From positions 17,869 through 81,868 of the forward strand of contig SVCV01000001.1 in assembly GCA_015058185.1 (NCBI GenBank): DNA of 64,000 bases. The letters are read 5' to 3'. Below are positions 57,781 through 64,000 of the stretch, piece after piece (position 1 is the stretch's first letter; each line of letters opens with the position of its first letter). The notes below the pieces were generated by a model, which saw only the letters and a program-made list of their open reading frames with translations, did no database searches and was not told the DNA's origin. A program made the position numbers and the translations under genes. This DNA comes from Clostridiales bacterium. Lineage in GTDB: Bacteria > Bacillota > Clostridia > Peptostreptococcales > Anaerovoracaceae.

Positions 57781-58329
57781 ATGAAAGCAACAGGTATCGT
57801 TCGAAGAATAGACGACCTCGGAAGGGTGGTCATCCCCAAAGAGATCCGCAGGACCATGCGGATCAGGGAAGGGGACCCCTTAGAGATCTATACGGATCAG
57901 GAAGGAGAAGTGATCCTGAAAAAATATTCTCCTATTGGGGAACTGAACCAGTTTGCCGGCGTCTACGCAGAGTCTGCTTACAGCGTTCTCGGCGGCGGGG
58001 CGGTTATTACGGATACAGACCAGGTGGTAGCGGTTTCCGGCGGATCCAAAAAAGAATTTCTGGATAAGCGGATCAGCCCCGGCATCGAGAAGATCATTCG
58101 GGATAAGATCAGCACTTTGTTTCCCGACAGCAGCACGGTTCACCCTATCACAGCGGAAGAGGGGAACACCCAATACGAGTCCCAGGTAGTGGCCCCCATT
58201 ATCTCACAAGGGGATGCCATCGGCTCTGTGATTTTCTTCAGTAAGGATCGGAACCGGCCCCTGGGCGAGACGGAGCTGCGGGCTGCGGAGATCGGGGCAA
58301 AGTTCCTTGCCCGGCAAATGGAAAATTAG
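57781..58329 (+). CDS. spoVT: stage V sporulation protein T (AbrB-type N-terminal domain plus GAF-like C-terminal domain)
   Basis: MKATGIVRRIDDLGRVVIPKEIRRT.RI.EGDPLEI is near-identical to the SpoVT/AbrB swapped-hairpin motif. 182 aa. The context with yabM, mazG and hbs matches Bacillus. Confidence 0.93.
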   Translation: MKATGIVRRIDDLGRVVIPKEIRRTMRIREGDPLEIYTDQEGEVILKKYSPIGELNQFAGVYAESAYSVLGGGAVITDTDQVVAVSGGSKKEFLDKRISPGIEKIIRDKISTLFPDSSTVHPITAEEGNTQYESQVVAPIISQGDAIGSVIFFSKDRNRPLGETELRAAEIGAKFLARQMEN

Positions 58330-58350
58330 TCGGGTCGGTTTTGTGAACGG

Positions 58351-58400
58351 ACTCCTTCTGTACATCGGCGAAAGCCATTTGTACGGAGGGAGTTTTTTTC
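58351..58400 (+). terminator. intrinsic terminator after spoVT
   Basis: ACTCCTTCTGTACA-loop-TGTACGGAGGGAGT (two G-U pairs) followed by TTTTTTT. Confidence 0.8.
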
Positions 58401-58530
58401 TGTGAAAAGAATGTGAATTCCTTGATTTTCAGCCGCGGAACTGTTGTGGAAACAGGAAAATTATGTTACCATAATTATTTAGAATAAAGTAAAGCGGGGA
58501 TTTGTTCCCTGGATATTAAGGAGGCGTACC

Positions 58531-59826
58531 ATGCTCTTTAAAAATATTACGATCCTGGATGAAAATTTGGAGATTCGGGAAAATTGCTATGTGGGAATAA
58601 AAGATTCCCTGATCGATTATATTGGTAGCGAAGAACCTCAGGCCGATTACGGCGAAGTTTACGACGGCAAGGGCCGTCTGCTGATGCCCGGCTTTGTCAA
58701 CGGCCATGCACATACTCCCATGACCCTGCTGCGGGGCTATGGCGAAAACCTGAAACTGGATCAGTGGCTGAACGAACGGATCTTCCCCTTTGAAGCCAAG
58801 CTGACCGGCGAAGATGTTTATTACTCCACCTTGCTGGGCATTGCCGAATCTTTGCGTTACGGTATTGTGTCCACCACGGATATGTATTATTTCTGCAACG
58901 ATATGGCCAATGCTTTTAAGGAAAGCGGAGCCAAGGCCAACATCGGCAGAGCGCTGACCTGTTTTGAAGTGAAGGCCATTGAAGAACTGGAAAGCTTCCA
59001 GGAAGCAAAGGCCCTGTACAAGGATTGGCATGGCGCTGCAGACGGACGGATCCTCGTTGACATGAGCCTTCATGCCGAATATACCTCCAATGCCCGTCTC
59101 GTAAAGGAACTGGCTGACTACACCAAGGACCTGGGTGCCCGGATGCATGTTCATTGTTCCGAGACCCTGAACGAAGTGGAAGGCTGCAAGGCCCGCCATA
59201 AGGGCCGGACTCCCGTTGAGTATTTTGCAGAGCAAGGCCTTCTGAATCAGCCTGCTACTTTGGCTCATTGCGTTTGGCTGGAAGGGGATGACTTTAATAT
59301 CCTGAAAGAAAAGGGTGCCACCGTTGCAACCTGCCCCGTCAGCAACCTGAAGCTGTCCAGCGGCATCTGCAATGTTCCCAAACTGTTGGAAAAGGGCGTT
59401 AACGTTATGATCGGTACGGACAGCGTGTCCAGCAATAACAGCCTGAACTTTATCGAAGAAATGAAATTCTTTGCTCTCCTGAACAAGGAACGCAGAGAAG
59501 ATCCTACTCTGATCACACCGAAGGAAACTCTGTACGCCGCCACCGCTGCCGGTGCCGCTGCTCAGGGTCGTTCCGACTGCGGAAAGCTGGCTGTTGGATA
59601 TAAGGCTGACCTGATCGTACTGGATATCACCGGCCCCAATATGTATCCTGTTCATGACCTGCTGAACAACATCGTTTACTCCGCATCCGGAAGCGATGTG
59701 GTCATGACCATGGCTGATGGTAAGGTTCTGTACAAAGATGGCGAATACCTCACCATCGACATTGAAAAAGTTAAGTATGAGGTGGAAAGATCCAAGGTTC
59801 GGATCCTGAATGAATTAAACGCATGA
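58531..59826 (+). CDS. mtaD: amidohydrolase, 5-methylthioadenosine/S-adenosylhomocysteine deaminase-like
   Basis: Metal motif PGFVNGHAHTPMT, plus HCSET and GTDS. 431 aa. Confidence 0.85.
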   Translation: MLFKNITILDENLEIRENCYVGIKDSLIDYIGSEEPQADYGEVYDGKGRLLMPGFVNGHAHTPMTLLRGYGENLKLDQWLNERIFPFEAKLTGEDVYYSTLLGIAESLRYGIVSTTDMYYFCNDMANAFKESGAKANIGRALTCFEVKAIEELESFQEAKALYKDWHGAADGRILVDMSLHAEYTSNARLVKELADYTKDLGARMHVHCSETLNEVEGCKARHKGRTPVEYFAEQGLLNQPATLAHCVWLEGDDFNILKEKGATVATCPVSNLKLSSGICNVPKLLEKGVNVMIGTDSVSSNNSLNFIEEMKFFALLNKERREDPTLITPKETLYAATAAGAAAQGRSDCGKLAVGYKADLIVLDITGPNMYPVHDLLNNIVYSASGSDVVMTMADGKVLYKDGEYLTIDIEKVKYEVERSKVRILNELNA

Positions 59827-61445
59827 GTAAAAAAACATTTCTGCAGGGCGCCGTCATCTTAGGCGGTGCCGGCTTGATCATCAAAGTGCTTGGGGCATTC
59901 TTCCGGATCCCCCTGGCCAATATTATCGGCGACACCGGTATGGGATATTATCAAACGGCCTATCCGGTGTATGTTCTGCTGCTGACTTTGTCCACAGCGG
60001 GCATTCCGGTGGCCATTTCCCGAATGGTTGCGGAGCGGTATGCTACGGATAATCCTTATGAGGCCCACCGGGTATTCCGGACGGCTCTTTGGCTTTTGCT
60101 GGGCATCGGTATCGTTTCTTTCTGCATTCTGTTTTTCGGTGCGGAAGCCATCGTAAGTGCCTTGGGCAATCCCGGCGGTGCGGCTGCTATGAAAGCCGTT
60201 GCTCCGGCCTTGCTCTTCGTTCCCCTGATGGCTGCCTGCCGGGGATATTTCCAGGGCATGGAAGACATGGGGCCCACTGCAGCTTCTCAGGTAGTGGAAC
60301 AGCTCTTCCGGGTAGTCATCGGTCTTGCTTTGGCGGTATTCCTGGTTACTTACGGTCTTGAATTCGCGGCTGCAGGGGCATCCTTTGGTGCTTCTGCCGG
60401 TGCCATCGGCGGTCTTGCGGCCATTTGGCTCATTTATCTTCGCCGCAGAAAGAATATCCTTCAGAAGGTTCGCAGCGATGCCAAGAGAACCGGTGAGAGC
60501 GGCAAAAAGATTCTTGGGACCATCCTGGTCATTGCCATTCCCATTACCATCGGTGCGGCAATCATGCCCATCATGAACGCCATCGACCTGGCTATCGTTA
60601 TGTGGAGACTGCAGCAGGTAGGTTTTTCCGAAGCCGCCGCCAACAGTCTTTACGGCCAGCTTACCGGTATGGCAGCTCCCCTGATCAACTTCCCTCAGGT
60701 ACTGACCCAGGCCATCGCCATGAGTCTTGTACCCACTATCGCTGCTGCATTCAAGCGCCAGGATGGTGACTTCCTGCGCTATAACGTAAATCTGGGATTC
60801 CGGACAGCTCTGATCATCGGACTGCCCTGCGCTTTAGGATTGATGGTTCTTTCCGAACCCATCATGCTCCTTCTTTATCCTGCGCAGAAGGCCAGTGCGG
60901 TCAGCGCTGCAGATTGCCTGACCATCCTCGCTTTCGGCATGATCTTCCTGGCAACGGTTCAGTCTCTGACCGGTGTGCTTCAAGGCATCGGAAAGCAGGT
61001 CATTCCCGTGATCAATCTGGCCATCGGTGCTGTGGTAAAGGTGATCCTGACCTACACCCTGACCGGTCTGCCCGATTACAATATCAAGGGCGCGGCTGTG
61101 GGCACCGCTGCTGCCTATGTGGTGGCTGCTGTTTTAAATCTGATGGCAGTTCGCCGGTATACAAAGGTTCGTATCAATATGAAGCAGGCTGTTGCCAAAC
61201 CTCTGGTCGCTTCCGTGGTCATGGCGGTATTTGCCTGGCTGATCTACCACGGGGTATTTGCCGTGTTGGATGGCCGGATGAGAGACTCTTTGGTCAATGC
61301 CGGATCTGTCGGCATTGCTGTGATCATCGCTGTGGTGATCTACGGTGTTCTCCTGCTTGCAACCAAAACCATTACCATCGAAGAGATCTCTAAGCTGCCC
61401 AAGGGCGCCAAGCTGGCAAGGATCCTTCGCCGCTTTCAGCGATAG
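59823..61445 (+). CDS. MOP-superfamily polysaccharide biosynthesis / putative lipid II flippase (YabM/SpoVB/MurJ-like)
   Basis: 540 aa with about 14 TM helices and the GAxILGxAGLISKxLG-type N-terminus. It occupies the yabM position after spoVT. Confidence 0.85.
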   Translation: MSKKTFLQGAVILGGAGLIIKVLGAFFRIPLANIIGDTGMGYYQTAYPVYVLLLTLSTAGIPVAISRMVAERYATDNPYEAHRVFRTALWLLLGIGIVSFCILFFGAEAIVSALGNPGGAAAMKAVAPALLFVPLMAACRGYFQGMEDMGPTAASQVVEQLFRVVIGLALAVFLVTYGLEFAAAGASFGASAGAIGGLAAIWLIYLRRRKNILQKVRSDAKRTGESGKKILGTILVIAIPITIGAAIMPIMNAIDLAIVMWRLQQVGFSEAAANSLYGQLTGMAAPLINFPQVLTQAIAMSLVPTIAAAFKRQDGDFLRYNVNLGFRTALIIGLPCALGLMVLSEPIMLLLYPAQKASAVSAADCLTILAFGMIFLATVQSLTGVLQGIGKQVIPVINLAIGAVVKVILTYTLTGLPDYNIKGAAVGTAAAYVVAAVLNLMAVRRYTKVRINMKQAVAKPLVASVVMAVFAWLIYHGVFAVLDGRMRDSLVNAGSVGIAVIIAVVIYGVLLLATKTITIEEISKLPKGAKLARILRRFQR

Positions 61446-61492
61446 AATGTAAGCGGGTGAACATAGACACCCGGATATGGAGCATAATAACT

Positions 61493-62323
61493 ATGAAGTA
61501 CGCAGAATTATACGAAAGTGCAAAAACGCCCGGCGAGGCTCTTGATCGTTTGGATAAGATCCTGGTGGTTCTCCGGGGTGAGGATGGCTGTCCCTGGGAC
61601 CGGGAGCAGACCCATGAAAGCATCCGCGGCTGTATGCTGGAAGAGGCCTATGAAGTGGTGGATGCGATCCAGGAAAAGAACTGGGACAACCTGGAAGAGG
61701 AGCTGGGCGATGTGGCTCTTCAGGTGGTTTTTCACAGCGGTCTGGCCTCGGAAAGCGGGAAATTCGATCTTACATCTGTCATTAACCGGGAATGTGAGAA
61801 GATGATCAGCCGTCATCCCCATGTTTTCAACGAAAATCAGGCCTTTTTTGAAAATAATTCGCTGGAAACAGTTGACAAGGTCCTGGAAAAATGGGAGAAT
61901 ATCAAGCGGAAAGAGAAATCCGGGACACAAACGGACTCTATGCTTCAAATTCCAAAGGCTTTGCCTGCTCTTCTGAGAAGTTATAAGGTACAGAAAAAGG
62001 CCGCACAGGTCGGTTTCGACTGGGACGATGTTTCCGGTGCCTTTGACAAGATCAAGGAAGAAACAGGAGAACTTTTGGAGAGTTATAGGACGGGTACACA
62101 GGATGATATTAAGGAAGAGTTGGGCGACCTTCTCTTTGCCGTTGTCAATGTTGCCCGGTTTTTACACGTCGACCCGGAAGAAGCTTTGAACTTTACTTCG
62201 GAAAAATTCATAAGAAGGTTTCACTACATCGAGGAAACATCTGCACAGCAAGGAAGGCGTTTAGAAGAGATGTCTCTGGAAGAGATGGACAAGCTCTGGG
62301 ATGCCGCGAAATCCAAAGAATGA
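61493..62323 (+). CDS. mazG: nucleoside triphosphate pyrophosphohydrolase MazG (tandem MazG domains, YabN-like)
   Basis: CPWD.EQTH.S and EE.YE..DAI motifs, with a second EE.GDLLF repeat. I prefer the ATG at 61493. Confidence 0.9.
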   Translation: MKYAELYESAKTPGEALDRLDKILVVLRGEDGCPWDREQTHESIRGCMLEEAYEVVDAIQEKNWDNLEEELGDVALQVVFHSGLASESGKFDLTSVINRECEKMISRHPHVFNENQAFFENNSLETVDKVLEKWENIKRKEKSGTQTDSMLQIPKALPALLRSYKVQKKAAQVGFDWDDVSGAFDKIKEETGELLESYRTGTQDDIKEELGDLLFAVVNVARFLHVDPEEALNFTSEKFIRRFHYIEETSAQQGRRLEEMSLEEMDKLWDAAKSKE

Positions 62324-62400
62324 GATTTTTTGAAGTTTAGTATATAACCGGCCATAAGACCGGCTAATTTTGAGGAAGAATTTATAGGAGGTTGTGATTC

Positions 62401-62679
62401 ATGAACAAGGCAGATCTGGTTGCCAGCGTAGCCGAAAAGGCAGGCCTGACCAAGAAGGACGCAGAAGTAGCAGTTAACGCATTCCTGAGCAGCGTAGAAG
62501 CAGCTCTGGTAAAGGGTGAAAAGGTTCAGCTGATCGGTTTCGGTACTTTCGAAACTCGTCAGAGAAAGGCCAGACAGGGCCGGAATCCCCGGAAGCCCGG
62601 CGAAGTTATCGACATCGCTGCAGCAAAGGCTCCCGTATTCAAGGCTGGTAAGGCTCTGAAGGACGCTGTTAACAAATAA
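62401..62679 (+). CDS. hup: DNA-binding protein HU
   Basis: MNKADLV...GFGTFE.R.R.AR.GRNP..G motif. 92 aa. AGGAGG lies upstream. Confidence 0.96.
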   Translation: MNKADLVASVAEKAGLTKKDAEVAVNAFLSSVEAALVKGEKVQLIGFGTFETRQRKARQGRNPRKPGEVIDIAAAKAPVFKAGKALKDAVNK

Positions 62680-62691
62680 GAAGCGTATACG

Positions 62692-62722
62692 AAAAGGCAG
62701 TCCTTGTGGGCTGCCTTTTTTG
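62692..62722 (+). terminator. intrinsic terminator after hup
   Basis: AAAAGGCAG-loop-CTGCCTTTTTT. Confidence 0.8.
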
Positions 62723-62744
62723 TTCCTTTTGAAAGGGGTTAACT

Positions 62745-62987
62745 ATGAGATTGGATAAGTTTTTAAAGAATTCCCGACTGATCAAGCGCCGGACCGTAGC
62801 CAAGGAAGCTTGTGATTCCTGCCGGGTCTCCGTAAATGGTCGGGAAGCCAAGCCCGGACATGATGTAAAAGAAGGGGATGTTTTAGTCGTTCGCTTCGGC
62901 AGCGGTGAGCTGACCGTTCGCGTTTTAGCCTGTCCGGATCATGTTCGCAAGGAAGATGCCGCTTCGATGTACGAAGTGATCTCCTAA
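62745..62987 (+). CDS. yabO: S4-domain RNA-binding protein (YabO/Hsp15-like)
   Basis: MRLDKFLK.SRLIKRR..A S4 motif. 80 aa. It sits in the yabO position. Confidence 0.88.
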   Translation: MRLDKFLKNSRLIKRRTVAKEACDSCRVSVNGREAKPGHDVKEGDVLVVRFGSGELTVRVLACPDHVRKEDAASMYEVIS

Positions 62988-62989
62988 AA

Positions 62990-63505
62990 TTACTGAGGGC
63001 GAAGGACTTTCAGCAGTCTTTTAAACAATATGTAGACAAGGGCGGTCTCCACTGCCATGAGCAGGATCACCACCGGCAGTCTCGCAATAAATACAATACT
63101 GTAATCCACATGATAGAGGGTGGCCAAACACCAGGCCTTCCAGGCCAGGGAAGCCACCGCTTCTGTCAGGATCACGATCGCAAGTACCCTGGGAAGGGTA
63201 TTTTTTTTGATTAAAAAACGGCGAAGCAATCCCGGGATCAGTCCCATGAGTACAGGACCAATGGTCAGCGGCGGAAACCATCCTCTTCCGGAGAGGACTA
63301 CGGAGCCTAAGATGTCGGCAGCTGCACCGGCAATGGCGCCGGCTGCGGGGCCGAAAAAGAGGCCTGCAAGAATAAGGGGAACATTCCCCAGATCAAACCG
63401 GGAAAAGTCGCTGAAGTAGATGACAAAGATTCGGGTCAGGATCAGGTTGATGGCGATCAGCAAAGCCAAGGTGACCATGACTTTCGTGTTCAGGATTTTT
63501 TTCAA
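62990..63505 (-). CDS. folT: ECF transporter S component, folate family (FolT-like)
   Basis: A 6-TM small membrane protein directly downstream of a THF riboswitch. I chose the TTG at 63505, 7 nt after AAAGGAG. The track's TTG at 63532 would include the SD. Confidence 0.82.
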   Translation of the reverse strand: MKKILNTKVMVTLALLIAINLILTRIFVIYFSDFSRFDLGNVPLILAGLFFGPAAGAIAGAAADILGSVVLSGRGWFPPLTIGPVLMGLIPGLLRRFLIKKNTLPRVLAIVILTEAVASLAWKAWCLATLYHVDYSIVFIARLPVVILLMAVETALVYILFKRLLKVLRPQ

Positions 63506-63604
63506 AACAAAAACTCCTTTCCTGTTATTCAATGCGCAAACGGATCAGTTTACTACACTAGAGAGAAAAAGAGTTTCAATATCTTTTTATAGGCTCTTTA
63601 ATGT

Positions 63605-63701
63605 AGCAGCGGACGCAATATTGTATCGCAAGCTGAAAGAGCTTTTCGTTCCCAGGCAACATCCCATCCTGAGACACTTAACGCACAATATTTACTCTGC
63701 T
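63605..63701 (-). promoter_or_regulatory. tetrahydrofolate (THF-I, folT motif) riboswitch
   Basis: Minus strand reads AGCAGAGUAAAUAUUGUGCGUUAAGUGUCUCAGGAUGGGAUGUUGCCUGGGAACGAAAAGC...GCGAUACAAUAUUGCGUCCGCUGCU. This matches the conserved THF aptamer blocks (AGAGUA, GCGUUAAGUGU, AUGGGAUGU, AACGAA, UUGC.UCCGCU) and the pairing of the P1 and P2 arms. Confidence 0.88.
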
Positions 63702-63709
63702 TGAGCAAA

Positions 63710-63738
63710 AGGATAGCACACTCAGAATACATTTTCAA
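63710..63738 (-). promoter_or_regulatory. candidate promoter for the THF riboswitch-folT transcript (TTGAAA-17-TATCCT)
   Basis: Reverse complement of 63733-63738 is TTGAAA and of 63710-63715 is TATCCT, with a 17-nt spacer. The predicted start lies a few nt before the aptamer. Confidence 0.4.
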
Positions 63739-64000
63739 TAGTAAGGAGTTCGTTTTTGTAGAGAAGATCCAATGCTTCGGAAAGGAGTTTCAGAGAGGTG
63801 ACCGTACCGGACGGTTCCCGGCCTTGCAGACTGCTTTCCAGCCGGGTCATTTCCTGTTGGATCTGGGTGATAGCGGATCCGTCTAAAAAGATCAAATAGA
63901 AATTGTGGTGAGAATCCCAAACTTTCTTTATATATACATAATTTGCATCTGCTTCCTCCCACTGCTCATTTTCGGCCTGGGGAAGCATCTTTTCTTCAAT
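63722..64000 (-). CDS. hypothetical protein, 5' end probably outside the window
   Basis: The frame remains open to nt 64000 upstream of the listed ATG at 63988. I recognise no family. Confidence 0.45.
   Translation of the reverse strand: MEEKMLPQAENEQWEEADANYVYIKKVWDSHHNFYLIFLDGSAITQIQQEMTRLESSLQGREPSGTVTSLKLLSEALDLLYKNELLTIENVF

Overview
This is a 64-kb chromosomal window from a Firmicute of the class Clostridia. The lineage markers are spoVT, a clostridial 2x[4Fe-4S] ferredoxin, Rex, a SCIFF peptide with its rSAM maturase, and strong AGGAGG ribosome-binding sites. I support about 62 protein genes, almost all housekeeping.

Several blocks are syntenic with the origin-proximal region of Bacillus subtilis:
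- yacL-ispDF
- cysE-cysS
- glmU'-prs-pth-mfd
- SRP RNA-dnaX-ybaB-recR
- spoVT-yabM-mazG-hbs-yabO
- radA

These blocks are interleaved with:
- a Liv-type ABC importer
- proS, thrS, tsaD, acpP, rex and groESL
- serA-serC and cysK
- feoAB, a split chrA pair and a ZIP transporter
- a folate ECF S-component

I found no rRNA, tRNA, CRISPR array, transposase, integrase or recognisable defence or toxin cassette.

Elements that the ORF track misses or obscures:
- a 56-aa ferredoxin gene
- a 50-aa six-cysteine SCIFF precursor
- an SRP RNA, partly buried under a spurious 5' extension of dnaX
- a THF riboswitch ahead of folT
- a perfect CIRCE operator ahead of groES
- many sigma-A-type promoters and intrinsic terminators

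I do not see a clear, completely new multi-gene system. The observations most worth a second look are:
1. The SCIFF locus, whose maturase is tightly coupled to a PLP decarboxylase-fold gene and a small His-rich membrane protein.
2. An array of five different hairpins separated by four exact TGATGT spacers downstream of cysS.
3. A P-loop NTPase fused to an Asp23/Gls24 domain, directly upstream of groESL.
4. A stand-alone GlmU acetyltransferase half sitting in the conserved glmU position.
5. A terminator-type leader plus an orphan Shine-Dalgarno sequence ahead of a LysM-G5-M23 peptidase.
6. A second CarD paralogue linked to an XRE regulator and a start-less mini-ORF.

All family assignments come from motif and synteny recognition by eye. 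No database search was run.
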